Shown: positions 19,052-29,180, counted from the first letter of the stretch. The stretch: DNA of 53,836 nt from Pirellulales bacterium (GCA_044234625.1 JBIIIP010000004.1:1-53836), one strand, 5' to 3'. Numbers and translations are program-made. Notes: a model not told the origin generated them from the letters alone.

Positions 19052-19510
19052 TCAGCCCCGCTTGGGCTGCTGGCAGGGTTCGAGGGCCTTGATCTTGTCG
19101 AGCCGGCGGGCATGGCGGCCGCCTTCGAACGGCGTCTGCAGCCAGGTGCGGATCATCTTGTCCTGCACTTCCGGACCGATCATTTCGGCCGACAGGCAGA
19201 GAACGTTTAGGTCGTTGTGCCGGCGGCTCATTTCGGCCGTCACCTCGTCGTGGCAGGTGGCGGCACGGACGCCCGGCACCTTGTTGGCTGCGATCGCCAT
19301 GCCCACGCCCGTGCAACACAGGAGGATGCCCCGGTCGACGGTGCCCTCGCTGACGCGCACGGCCACGTCGGCGGCGATGTCGGGATAGTCGACGGGCGTC
19401 TCGGTGAGGCAGCCGCAATCGACCACGTCATGCCCCATCCGTTCGAGGAGGCCGATGAGACGCAGTCGCGAGGCCACTCCCCGATGATCGCTGCCGATTG
19501 CAATCCGCAT
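19052..19510 (-). CDS. rpiB: Ribose-5-phosphate isomerase B
   Basis: IAIGSDHRG, DYPD, CCTGVGMAIAANKVPGVRAA, RRHNDLNVL, FEGGRHARR. Confidence 0.96.
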   Translation of the reverse strand: MRIAIGSDHRGVASRLRLIGLLERMGHDVVDCGCLTETPVDYPDIAADVAVRVSEGTVDRGILLCCTGVGMAIAANKVPGVRAATCHDEVTAEMSRRHNDLNVLCLSAEMIGPEVQDKMIRTWLQTPFEGGRHARRLDKIKALEPCQQPKRG

Positions 19511-19531
19511 GATGACTCCGTCGCCGCACCG

Positions 19532-20686
19532 TCAGGGTGACCGTGGTCCGCCTGTGCCGGACCCCAGCCCGAGTGTATCGATTCTCGTTTCCAAATGCGC
19601 GCGAATTTGGCGGGCGCATTCCCGGTACGTCTCCACCGGACCGCCGATCGGATCGACCACGTCGATGCGGTCCGGGGAGAGCATGGCCACTCGGTCTCCG
19701 GCCTCGGGAAACTGGGACAGAATCGCGGCCCGGTGTCCCGCCGTCATCGTCCAGATGACGTCGGCCTGGCGGATGAGCGTGTCGGAAAGCGGCTGGCTCT
19801 CGTGGGCCGACAGGTCGATTCCGGCGGCGGCCATCGCAGCCGCGGCGCCCGCGCTGGCACCTCCCCCGCCCCAGGCCGACGTGCCCGCACTGGCCACGAT
19901 CACACCGTGGGCGTCGATTTCCTCCGGCCGGCACCCGAGTCGCTCCGCCACCATGTGGCGGAACAGCGCCTCCGCCATCGGGCTGCGGCAGGTGTTGCCG
20001 GTGCAGACGAAGAGCACCATCAGGCTGGAGAGCCGCCGCACGGTCTCCTCGGTGACAAGCCCCGGCCGCACCAGGCTGAAGCCCTCGTCGTCGACCTCGA
20101 TCGTCGTCGCGGGCTGGGCGTAGCGGGCCCGCCCGTCGTCGATCACCAGGTCCACCGTCCCGGCCATCCGCGCAGCGATCTCCTCGGCCGTCACTGCGGG
20201 AAGCTCCCGGGGCAGCCCGGGCTCGGCGAGCGCCACCGGTCCGGCCAGCATCCGCATGCATTCGCCGAGCATGGCGTGCCCCGGGGAGCGGAGCCGGAGG
20301 CGGCCGTCGCCCACCAAGTGCCGGCGGGATTCCGCAGGCAACCGATGGATCAGGCTCTCCGGATGGTCGTCGGCCACGACAATCGCCACTGGCCCGGGCC
20401 AGCAGCGGCGGGCGATCCGCTGCCCCAGCGGGCTGAGCCGCGGCGCCCAGTCGAGGGCCTCGGCCGCGCTCTTCACCGCCAGCGCGAGACGGGGTTCGTG
20501 AGCGAAGGCATCGACGGCCGCCGCCAGTCGGCCGATCGCATCGGCGCGACGCGCGCTGGCCGCGACGACGTAATCCGTTTCCGTGGGAAACGCCACAGCG
20601 CGGCCCTCGGCCAGTGCCTGCACGGCCCGATGCACGACATCACGGGCATCGTCCGACTTGCGCAAATCGATGACATGCGGCTGCAT
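19532..20686 (-). CDS. Fusion of a Sua5/YrdC-like domain and an LMW protein phosphatase (YwlE-like)
   Basis: N-terminal AVAFPTETDY, WPGP, DLVIDDG; C-terminal VLFVCTGNTCRSPMAE, SAGT, DPIGG. Confidence 0.9.
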   Translation of the reverse strand: MQPHVIDLRKSDDARDVVHRAVQALAEGRAVAFPTETDYVVAASARRADAIGRLAAAVDAFAHEPRLALAVKSAAEALDWAPRLSPLGQRIARRCWPGPVAIVVADDHPESLIHRLPAESRRHLVGDGRLRLRSPGHAMLGECMRMLAGPVALAEPGLPRELPAVTAEEIAARMAGTVDLVIDDGRARYAQPATTIEVDDEGFSLVRPGLVTEETVRRLSSLMVLFVCTGNTCRSPMAEALFRHMVAERLGCRPEEIDAHGVIVASAGTSAWGGGGASAGAAAAMAAAGIDLSAHESQPLSDTLIRQADVIWTMTAGHRAAILSQFPEAGDRVAMLSPDRIDVVDPIGGPVETYRECARQIRAHLETRIDTLGLGSGTGGPRSP

Positions 20687-20706
20687 AAAGAGGGGCCAGA
20701 CCCGAA

Positions 20707-20736
20707 AAAATACAGCACTTTGCGCCGCCTAGTCAA
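20707..20736 (-). promoter_or_regulatory. Putative sigma70 promoter for the Sua5-PTP/rpiB operon
   Basis: Minus strand TTGACT-N18-TATTTT, about 20 nt above the ATG. Confidence 0.45.
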
Positions 20737-20935
20737 GGAACGGTGGCTGGGAGAGGAGGGCAAAAACACTGAAAAAGCAGCCCTCCGCGGCATCTCCCGG
20801 GGCACTGTTTGCAGCTTCGAGCCGTGGGGAGGTTTTCGCCTTGTGACCGCCGTTCAGGCTCCGCTATTTCTCCTCGGCTTCCCCCGTCACATCCCCGTGG
20901 ACCGGCACCCAGTGAGACGCCCGCGCGCATCCATC

Positions 20936-23878
20936 ATGTCGATGCCCATCGTGGAGCGCTGCGTCGTCGCCATCTGTGCCGCGGCGTGGACCATCGCCGC
21001 CCACGGCCAACCGCCGGTGCCGCAGCCGATTCAGCCGCCCGCGCAGCCGGTGGCCGAGCCGCCACGCGTTGTCGACGAAGCGAACCGCATCGTCGAGGTG
21101 CGGATCGAGGGCAACCAGGCCACCGAGGTGTCGAAACTGCCGAAGCTCGTCACCCGCGCGGGCCAGATCTTCGATCCGCAGGTGATCGAGGAAGACGTGC
21201 GGACGCTCCACCGCTCGCGCAAGTTCGTCGATGTGCACCCGAAATACGTCCGTGTGAAGGAAGGCGTGGTCGTGATCTTCCAGGTGGTGGAGCGTCCGAT
21301 GCTCCGCTACGTGAAGTACATCGGCAACGAACGGGTCAGCACGCGGACCCTGAAAAAGAAGGCGGAGATCGAGGTGGGCGACTCGATGGACGCCTACATC
21401 GTGGAGGAAGCGCGGCGGCGGATCGAATCGTATTACCACGAGAAGGGCTACGACGCCGCCCGCGTGAAGGCGGTCGAGGGAAGCAAGCCGGGAGACAAGG
21501 GTGCCGTCTTTCTCATCGACGAGGGCCGCAGCAAGAAGTCGCTGTGGACCAGCTTCGTGGGCAACACGATCGCCAGCGACGCCCGCCTGCTCACGCAGAT
21601 CAAGTCGAAGCCCGGCGTGTTCTGGATGATCGGCGGCGACATCGACCGTGCGAAGATCGACGAGGATGTCGATCTGCTCACCGCCTACTACCGCAGCCTG
21701 GGCTTCTTCCAGGCGAAGGTGGGACGCGAACTGCAGGTGGTGAACGGGTCTGGCCGCGACTGGACGATGCTCACGTTCGTGATCAACGAGGGGCCGCGGT
21801 ACAAGGTTCGCAACGTCTCCTTCATCGGCAACAGCAAGTTCAAGACCGAGTTCCTCGAGCGAGAGCTGAAGCTCAAGAGCGGCGAGTCGTTCAACCAGTC
21901 GCAGATGGAAACCGACCTCAACATGGTCCGCGACATTTACGGCGGCCGCGGCTACGTTTTCGCCGACATCAAGGCCGACCCGCGTTTCCTCGAGGAGCCG
22001 GGGCAGCTCGATCTGGTCTACAACGTCACGGAGGGTCAGCGGTATCGGGTCGGCCAGATCAACGTGCGGATCCGCGGCGAGCACCCCCACACCCGTCACA
22101 GCACGATCCTCAACCGTCTCTCGCTGCGTCCCGGCGACATCCTCGATATCCGCAAGCTCCGCGACGACGAACGCCGGCTCAAGTCGAGCGGTCTGTTCCT
22201 GGCCGATGCTGCCAAAGGGGAGGGGCCGAAGATCGTCTTCAACAAGCCGGACGATGGGGAGCAGCAGGTGGCGGCCGAGCCCGGGCAGCGCGGCTTCCGC
22301 GGCCAGAGCCCCGATGACCCGCAGGCAGCCGATGAGGCCGTGCTGAATCTGATTCTCGAGGGCACGATCGGTGAGCCTGTTCCGGCGGAGCAGCCTCCCG
22401 CCGCCGTGGCTCCGGCACAGCCGCCGGTGCCCGAGCCCGCGCCGCCACGTCGGCCTGGCCTGACCGCGCCGGTGTGGCGTGGCCAGAGTCCGCAGCCGCA
22501 ATTCGCCCAGCCGCAACAGCAGCAGTTCGTGCCCCAGCAGCAGCCATGGGGCGGCGCGCCGTTGGCGCCGACCGGCCCTGAAGCCCTCGATTACTCGCGG
22601 ACGGTCGCCCCGCCACCGCAGCAGCCGGTGTATGTCGCCCAGCAGCCGGTGGCCGGCGGGCAGCCCTTCCCGGGCCAGCTTCCCCAGCCCGTGCCCATGC
22701 AGCCTGGCATGGTCGCGCAGCCCGGGATGCCGCCGCCGATGATGCCCGGGCAGCCGGTCGTGCCGCCGAACTTCGGCCAGCCGGTGCAGGTGTTTCCCGG
22801 CAACGAACCCTATGTAATTCTCGACGTCGATGCCGAGGAGACGCAGACGGGCCGGCTCATGATCGGTGCCGGCGTGAACTCCAACGCCGGCTTGGTCGGC
22901 AACATCGTCATCGACGAGCAGAACTTCGATCTCTTCCGCCTGCCGCGGAGCTGGGACGACGTCCGCAATGGCACGGCGTTCCGCGGCGCCGGCCAGCGGT
23001 TTCGGCTGGAAGCCGCGCCGGGCACGCAGCTCCAGCGCTACACGGCCACGTTCCAGGAGCCCTACCTCTTCGACACGCGGATCGGCCTGTCGACGAGCGC
23101 CTCCTACTTCACCCGCTACTTCTTCGACTGGGCCGAGGCCCGCGTCGGTGGCCGCATCGGCCTCGGCTATCAGTTCGCATTCGCCCCCGACCTGTCGGTG
23201 AACGCCGGCTTCCGCGGCGAGAGCGTCGACATCTACAACCCGCGCGTGCTCGCGCCGGCGATCGTGAACATGCTCGGCACGAACTCCGTCTACGGATTCA
23301 GCGGCGGCATCGTCCACGACACCCGCGACAGCCCGTTTCTCGCCACGCAAGGACACCTCGTGACGTTCGAATTCGAGCAGGTGGTCGGCACGTTCCAATA
23401 CCCGCGCGGCGTTCTCGAGGGCCGGCAGTATTTCCTCCTCAACGAGCGACCGGACGGTTCCGGGCGGCACGTGCTCTCGGTGGGCTCGGTGCTCGGCATG
23501 TCGGGCCCCGACACGCCCGCCTACGACAACTTCTTCGCTGGCGGCTACAACACGATTCGCGGCTTCACGTTCCGCGGGGCGAGCCCCCGGCAGTTCGGCG
23601 CCATCGTCGGCGGTCCGTTCCAGTGGCTCAACACGGTCGAGTACCTGTTCCCGATCACCGCCGACGACACGCTCCGCGGCGTGGTGTTCACCGATTTCGG
23701 CACCGTCGAGTCGAACGTCTCGGTCGACAATATGCGGGTCGCGCCCGGATTCGGCATGCGGATCACTCTGCCGGCGATGGGGCCGGCGCCGATCGCGCTC
23801 GACTTCGCCTTCCCGGTCGTCGCCGCCCCGGGCGACACCGAGCAGATCTTCAGCTTCTTCGTCGGCTTTGCCCGGTAG
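20936..23878 (+). CDS. bamA: Outer membrane protein assembly factor BamA (Omp85) with Pro/Gln-rich insertion
   Basis: Signal peptide; POTRA starts VRIEGN, VKYIGN, TSFVGN, VSFIGN, INVRIRGE; barrel EETQTG...EQNFD...FQEPYLFD...IRGF...FSFFVGFAR. Confidence 0.9.
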   Translation: MSMPIVERCVVAICAAAWTIAAHGQPPVPQPIQPPAQPVAEPPRVVDEANRIVEVRIEGNQATEVSKLPKLVTRAGQIFDPQVIEEDVRTLHRSRKFVDVHPKYVRVKEGVVVIFQVVERPMLRYVKYIGNERVSTRTLKKKAEIEVGDSMDAYIVEEARRRIESYYHEKGYDAARVKAVEGSKPGDKGAVFLIDEGRSKKSLWTSFVGNTIASDARLLTQIKSKPGVFWMIGGDIDRAKIDEDVDLLTAYYRSLGFFQAKVGRELQVVNGSGRDWTMLTFVINEGPRYKVRNVSFIGNSKFKTEFLERELKLKSGESFNQSQMETDLNMVRDIYGGRGYVFADIKADPRFLEEPGQLDLVYNVTEGQRYRVGQINVRIRGEHPHTRHSTILNRLSLRPGDILDIRKLRDDERRLKSSGLFLADAAKGEGPKIVFNKPDDGEQQVAAEPGQRGFRGQSPDDPQAADEAVLNLILEGTIGEPVPAEQPPAAVAPAQPPVPEPAPPRRPGLTAPVWRGQSPQPQFAQPQQQQFVPQQQPWGGAPLAPTGPEALDYSRTVAPPPQQPVYVAQQPVAGGQPFPGQLPQPVPMQPGMVAQPGMPPPMMPGQPVVPPNFGQPVQVFPGNEPYVILDVDAEETQTGRLMIGAGVNSNAGLVGNIVIDEQNFDLFRLPRSWDDVRNGTAFRGAGQRFRLEAAPGTQLQRYTATFQEPYLFDTRIGLSTSASYFTRYFFDWAEARVGGRIGLGYQFAFAPDLSVNAGFRGESVDIYNPRVLAPAIVNMLGTNSVYGFSGGIVHDTRDSPFLATQGHLVTFEFEQVVGTFQYPRGVLEGRQYFLLNERPDGSGRHVLSVGSVLGMSGPDTPAYDNFFAGGYNTIRGFTFRGASPRQFGAIVGGPFQWLNTVEYLFPITADDTLRGVVFTDFGTVESNVSVDNMRVAPGFGMRITLPAMGPAPIALDFAFPVVAAPGDTEQIFSFFVGFAR

Positions 23879-23882
23879 CCCC

Positions 23883-25001
23883 ATGGCGACGCGCATCCTT
23901 GTCGTTCGCAACCGCTACATCGGCGAAACGGTGCTGGCGATTCCCTTCCTCCGCAACCTCCGCCGGCGTTTTCCCGGCGCCGTGATCGACGTGCTGGTGG
24001 AGCCGGGCGTCGGCGATCTCCTGGCCGATTGCCCGTACGTGAACGAGCTGATCGCCTGGCAGCGGCCGCCGCGCCGCGAACGGGGGCTGCGCGGCAAGGT
24101 GACGGCTCTCGTGGCCGCAGCGGGCTGGCTCCGCAGCCGCCGCTACGATCGCGTGTACGTGCTCAAGCGGTCGTTCTCGACGGCGCTCCTCGTATGGCTG
24201 GCCGGCATTCCGCGCCGCATCGGATTCGCCGCGGACGGGCGGTCGCTGCTGCTCACGCGCGTCGTGCCACGGCGGCGCGCACGGCACGAGGCGGAACTTT
24301 ATCTCGACCATCTGCGCGTCGATGGCGTCGAGGTCGACGACGGTCGCAATGAGAACTGGGTGGCCCCTGAGACCGCCGCCAAGGTCGACGGGCTGCTGGC
24401 GGGTATCGCGGCCGACCGGCAACGGGTGTTCATCGCGCCGCAATCGAGCTCGGACCACAAGCAATGGCCCCTCGACCGCATGGCTGCCGTGGTTCGCTGG
24501 CTGGTGTGCGAGCGGGGATGCGAGGTGTTCCTGTGCGGCGCGGTGCGGGATGCCGACACGCACACGGCGATCCGTGCGCACCTGGATGCACAGGTGGCGG
24601 CCCACGTGCATGATTTCTCCGCCGCGCTGTCGTTGCGGGAGACCGCCGCCCTGGTCGCGCGGATGCAGTTATGCATCGGCGTCGATACCGGGCTGCCGCA
24701 CCTGGCCGCATCGTTTGGCGTGCCCGTCGTCACCCTCTTCGGCCCGACCGATCCGCATCGCTGGCATCCGTGGCGGACCAGGCACGCGGTCGTGCAATCG
24801 GGCCGTTCACCCGGGCCGATGGCGGCGATCGCGACGGAGCAGGTGACGGCTGCCGCCGCGCGGTTGCTGGAAGAGGGAGCGGCGCGCGTCGCCGCCGTGC
24901 GCACGATCGACTTCCGCACGGGCTGCTTCCGCTACGAGGTCATCGAGCCGCGGCCCGCGGCCGACGCTCGCGTCGACCGGTTGACCGAAACGGCCTCCTG
25001 A
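23883..25001 (+). CDS. Glycosyltransferase family 9 (heptosyltransferase-like)
   Basis: ILVVRNRYIGETVLAIP, AGIPRRIG, KQWP, GVDTGLPHLAASFGVPVVTLFGPT. Confidence 0.9.
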   Translation: MATRILVVRNRYIGETVLAIPFLRNLRRRFPGAVIDVLVEPGVGDLLADCPYVNELIAWQRPPRRERGLRGKVTALVAAAGWLRSRRYDRVYVLKRSFSTALLVWLAGIPRRIGFAADGRSLLLTRVVPRRRARHEAELYLDHLRVDGVEVDDGRNENWVAPETAAKVDGLLAGIAADRQRVFIAPQSSSDHKQWPLDRMAAVVRWLVCERGCEVFLCGAVRDADTHTAIRAHLDAQVAAHVHDFSAALSLRETAALVARMQLCIGVDTGLPHLAASFGVPVVTLFGPTDPHRWHPWRTRHAVVQSGRSPGPMAAIATEQVTAAAARLLEEGAARVAAVRTIDFRTGCFRYEVIEPRPAADARVDRLTETAS

Positions 25002-25150
25002 CATCCGGCCTCGTCGCGGCCACGGGTGCCGAGCGGGCAAACCACCGTGCGCCGAGTGTTTTCGGCACCGGAAGGGGTTTTTGCGGCCCCGTTTCGCCGG
25101 GCCTGACCGCGTTTTCCCGGCTCCGGCCATGGGCTATCCTTATAACTGCC

Positions 25151-27697
25151 ATGCGAAGGCCGTTTTTCGGGATTCCTGCGTTTGTCGCGGCTGCCATCCT
25201 GGCGGCGGCGGGGTCGGCTACCGCGGCGGAAATCGACTTCAACCGCGACATCCGGCCGATCCTGTCGGAAAACTGCTTCTATTGCCACGGTCAGGACGGG
25301 CAGAAGCGGGAGGCCGGCCTGCGGCTCGATGACCGCCAGGCGGCCGTCGAGGCGGGTGCGATCGTGCCCGGTGAGCCGGGGGCGAGCACGCTCCTGGAGC
25401 GGATTCATTCGAGCGATCCCGACGTGCAGATGCCGCCGCCGGACTCGAACCGCCGGCTGACCGACACCCAGAAGGAACTGCTCGACCGCTGGATCGGGGA
25501 GGGGGCGGACTACAAGCGGCACTGGGCGTTCACGGCACCGGTTCGGCCCCGTCCGCCGGACGTGGAGCAGGCAGCCTGGGTGCGAAACGATGTCGACCGG
25601 TTCGTACTCGCCACGATCGAGGCCGCCGGGCTGCAGCCGTCGGCGGAGGCTGACCGCGCCACGCTCATCCGCCGGCTCCATGCCGACTTCGTCGGCCTCC
25701 CGCCCACGCCGGAGGAGGTCGATGCGTTCGTCTCCGACCCCGATCCCGCAGCGTACGAAAAACTCGTCGACAAGCTCCTCGCATCGCCCCACTACGGCGA
25801 GCGGATGGCCCTCCCCTGGCTCGACGCCGCCCGGTATGCCGATTCCAACGGCTTCCAGCAGGATGGCGACACGTGGCAGTGGATCTGGCGCGACTGGGTG
25901 GTGAAGGCCCTCAACGCCGACATGCCGTTCGACCAGTTCTCGATCGAACAGATCGCCGGCGACCTGCTACCGGAGGCCACGGTCGAGCAGAAGATCGCCA
26001 GCGGATTCAACCGCAACCACCTGCTCAACGGCGAAGGGGGAGCAATCCCGGAGGAGCAGCGTTTCAACAACCTCTTCGACCGGGTTGATACGACGAGCAC
26101 GACCTGGCTCGGCCTGACGATGGCCTGCGCCCAGTGTCACGACCACAAGTACGACCCGATGACACGGGATGATTACTACGGGCTCCTCGACGCCTTCAAC
26201 CGGGTGCCGGAGTCGGGGGCGCCGCAGCAGTTTTCAGCGCGGATTCGCCTTGCCCCGCCCGTGCTGGAGCTGCCCACGGAAGACAACAAGAAGCGACTGG
26301 CGGAGCTGGAAGCGGAGAAAAACGCCCTGGAAGCCGAGGCCAAGCCGATGCTCGAGGCGGTCTACACCTCGTGGAAACTCGGCCTCTTCGCCGACGGGCG
26401 GCCGGCCGATGGCGAGGACTTGCCGCGCACGCTGCCGCCGCTGCTGCTCAAGCCGGAGGCCGAGCGGACCGACGCGGAAAAGAACGAGATCGAGCGGGAG
26501 TTGCGGGCGTTTTTCGACGACCGCGTCAAGAAGAAACTCATCGACAAGTTGCCACAGGTGGCCCGGTACGACGCCGCGAAAAAGGCCTACGAGCACTACA
26601 AGGGCGACCAGATCCCGCGGGTGATGGTGATGAGCGACGAGAAGCCGCGCGACACGCGGATCCTCGACCGCGGCGACTACCTCTCGCCGGTCGGCGAGAA
26701 GCTCGTCTTCCAGCCGCCGGCGTTCCTGCCGCCCCTGCCGGAGGGCTTTCCGCAAGACCGGCTCGGCCTGGCGAGGTGGCTCTTCCTGCCCGAGCATCCG
26801 CTCACCGCGCGGGTGCAGGTGAACCGCATGTGGCAGCAGTTCTTCGGCACGGGGCTCGTGAAGACGACCGAAGACATGGGCGTGCAGAGCGAGTATCCGC
26901 GTCACATGGAGCTGCTCGACTGGCTGGCCGTCGAGTTTCGGGAGAGGGGATGGAGCCAGAAGCAGATGCATCGGCTCCTCGTGACGAGCGCCACATACCG
27001 CCAGGCGAGCAAGGTAACGCCCGAGCACCTCGCCAAGGATCCGGAAAACCGGCTCCACGCCCGGGCGTCCCGCTTTCGCATGCCGTCGATGGTGCTGCGC
27101 GACACGGCCCTCGCGGCCAGCGGCCTCATCGACCTCCGGGTCGGCGGGCAGCCCGTCTACCCGTATCAGCCGGAGGCGATCTGGGAGTCGCTGGCGATCA
27201 CGAAGGAGCGAGACTTCACCTACCCCGCATCGGCCGGGAGCGATCTCTACCGCCGCAGTCTCTACACCTTCTGGCGGCGGACGGTGAGCCCGGCGAACAT
27301 GTTCGACACCGCCAACCGTCAGACCTGCACGGTGCGGGCGAGCCAGACGAGCACGCCGCTGCACGCCCTGACCATGCTCAACGATCCGACGTGGGTCGAG
27401 GCATCCCGCGTCCTTGCCGAGAGGGCCATGAAGGAGGCTGCGGGTCTCGAGGGCCGGCTCACCTACGCCTTCCGGCGGGTGCTCGGCCGCAAGCCGATCG
27501 GCTACGACCTGGAGGCGATCGGGCGGATGCATGCCCGCCAGAGAAACATCTTTGCGGCGGCGCCGGAGGCGGCGAAACAGTTGTTGGGAGTCGGCGAGAG
27601 CCCCCGCGATGCCGCACTCGATCCCGTCGAGCACGCCGCCCTGGCGAGCGTCTGCCTGGCGATATTCAACCTCGACGAGGCCCTCACGCGCGAGTAA
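25151..27697 (+). CDS. PSD1 / planctomycete cytochrome c protein (PSCyt1 + DUF1549 + DUF1553)
   Basis: DFNRDIRPILSENCFYCH, GLPPT, YGERMALPWLDAARYADSNG, CAQCHDHKYDP, HPLTARVQVNRMWQ, RRSLY, TPLHAL. Confidence 0.93.
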   Translation: MRRPFFGIPAFVAAAILAAAGSATAAEIDFNRDIRPILSENCFYCHGQDGQKREAGLRLDDRQAAVEAGAIVPGEPGASTLLERIHSSDPDVQMPPPDSNRRLTDTQKELLDRWIGEGADYKRHWAFTAPVRPRPPDVEQAAWVRNDVDRFVLATIEAAGLQPSAEADRATLIRRLHADFVGLPPTPEEVDAFVSDPDPAAYEKLVDKLLASPHYGERMALPWLDAARYADSNGFQQDGDTWQWIWRDWVVKALNADMPFDQFSIEQIAGDLLPEATVEQKIASGFNRNHLLNGEGGAIPEEQRFNNLFDRVDTTSTTWLGLTMACAQCHDHKYDPMTRDDYYGLLDAFNRVPESGAPQQFSARIRLAPPVLELPTEDNKKRLAELEAEKNALEAEAKPMLEAVYTSWKLGLFADGRPADGEDLPRTLPPLLLKPEAERTDAEKNEIERELRAFFDDRVKKKLIDKLPQVARYDAAKKAYEHYKGDQIPRVMVMSDEKPRDTRILDRGDYLSPVGEKLVFQPPAFLPPLPEGFPQDRLGLARWLFLPEHPLTARVQVNRMWQQFFGTGLVKTTEDMGVQSEYPRHMELLDWLAVEFRERGWSQKQMHRLLVTSATYRQASKVTPEHLAKDPENRLHARASRFRMPSMVLRDTALAASGLIDLRVGGQPVYPYQPEAIWESLAITKERDFTYPASAGSDLYRRSLYTFWRRTVSPANMFDTANRQTCTVRASQTSTPLHALTMLNDPTWVEASRVLAERAMKEAAGLEGRLTYAFRRVLGRKPIGYDLEAIGRMHARQRNIFAAAPEAAKQLLGVGESPRDAALDPVEHAALASVCLAIFNLDEALTRE

Positions 27698-27728
27698 GAC
27701 AAGCTTCGATCCTCCCGCGAAAAGCATC

Positions 27729-29180
27729 ATGACCGATCTGCACCGAGAAAACATCCGCCGCGTCACCCGTCGTCAACTCTTCGGCTCGGCCGGCATGGGG
27801 ATCGGTTCCGTGGCGCTGGCGTCGCTGCTCCAGCGCGACGCGGCCGCGGCCACCTCCGCGCCGCGGGGCCTGCCCGGCGTGCCGCACCACGAGCCCAAGG
27901 CGAAGCGGGTGGTGATGCTCTGGCAGGGGGGTGGGCCGTCGCACGTCGACCTCTTCGATCCCAAGGCCGAACTCATCGGTCGCGGCGGCCAGGACATTCC
28001 GGAGAGCGTCCGCGGCAAGACGCGTCTCTCCACGATGTCGAGCGGCTATGCCAAGTGGCCGGTGGTCTCGCCCATCAAGCCGTTCCGGAAGTATGGCGCG
28101 TGCGGGATGGAACTGTCGGAGCTGCTGCCCAACATCGGCGGCCTGGCCGACGAACTGTGCCTCGTCCGCAGCATGAATACCGAGGCCGTGAACCATGCCC
28201 CCGGCGTGACGTTCTTCCTCACCGGCGCCCAGGTGCCGGGCCGGCCGAGCATGGGCGCCTGGATGAGCTATGGCCTCGGCTGCGAGACCGAAGACCTGCC
28301 GGCGTTCGTCGTGATGACGTCGAGCGACAAGGGAAAGACCTGTGGGCAGCTCTTCTTCGACTACTACTGGGGGAGCGGCTTCCTCCCGACGCGGTTCCAG
28401 GGGGTGAAGTTCCGCAACACCGGCGAGCCGGTGCCCTATCTGACCAACCCGGCCGGCGTCAGCCGCGAGGTGCGGCGGACCCTGCTCGACGACCTGGCGG
28501 CGATGAACGCCAAGCATCTGGCCGACTACGGCGACCCGGAAATCGACACCCGGATCGCGCAATACGAGATGGCCTTTCGGATGCAGGCGAGCGTTCCAGA
28601 GCTCGTCGATTTCTCCGATGAGCCCCAGCATGTGATCGACCGCTACGGCCCCGACGTGCGGACGAAGGGCACGTTTGCCTACAACTGTCTCATTGCCCGG
28701 CGGCTCCTGGAGCGGGGCACGCGGTTCGTGCAGCTGATGCACGCCGGCTGGGACCAGCACGGCAATCTGTTCACGCAACTCGCGGAGCAGTGCAAGGACA
28801 CCGACGCCCCGACGGCGGCGCTCATCCACGACCTCAAGGAGCGGGGGCTGCTCGACGACACGCTCGTCGGCTGGGGGGGTGAATTCGGCCGCACGCCTTT
28901 CGGCCAGGGCGATCCTGCCAATCCCAAAGGCCGCGACCACTTTGGCAGGGCGTTTTCCTGGATCCTCGCCGGTGGCGGCACGAAGCGTGGCCACGTGCAT
29001 GGCTCGACCGACGACTACGCCTGGAACATCACGGCCGACCCGGTGCACGTGCACGACATGCAGGCCACGATCATGCACCTCGTGGGCATCGACCACACGC
29101 GGCTGACGTTCCGCTACCAAGGACGCCAGTTCCGCCTGACCGACGTGCACGGTCACGTGGTCAAGGGAATGCTCGCCTGA
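27729..29180 (+). CDS. DUF1501 domain protein, Tat-type signal
   Basis: [54 protein letters not shown]. Confidence 0.93.
   Translation: MTDLHRENIRRVTRRQLFGSAGMGIGSVALASLLQRDAAAATSAPRGLPGVPHHEPKAKRVVMLWQGGGPSHVDLFDPKAELIGRGGQDIPESVRGKTRLSTMSSGYAKWPVVSPIKPFRKYGACGMELSELLPNIGGLADELCLVRSMNTEAVNHAPGVTFFLTGAQVPGRPSMGAWMSYGLGCETEDLPAFVVMTSSDKGKTCGQLFFDYYWGSGFLPTRFQGVKFRNTGEPVPYLTNPAGVSREVRRTLLDDLAAMNAKHLADYGDPEIDTRIAQYEMAFRMQASVPELVDFSDEPQHVIDRYGPDVRTKGTFAYNCLIARRLLERGTRFVQLMHAGWDQHGNLFTQLAEQCKDTDAPTAALIHDLKERGLLDDTLVGWGGEFGRTPFGQGDPANPKGRDHFGRAFSWILAGGGTKRGHVHGSTDDYAWNITADPVHVHDMQATIMHLVGIDHTRLTFRYQGRQFRLTDVHGHVVKGMLA

Noticed and set aside
19595-20935. 1427-aa version of bamA
   Set aside because: The extension overlaps the Sua5-PTP gene on the other strand; the signal peptide begins at 20936.
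20864-23911. 1015-aa minus-strand ORF
   Set aside because: Codon-aligned antisense shadow of bamA.
25025-25069. GGTGCCGA...TCGGCACC inverted repeat containing GGCAAACC (c-di-GMP-I riboswitch-like)
   Set aside because: Lacks the GAAA tetraloop and second stem of that riboswitch, and has no U-tract for a terminator.
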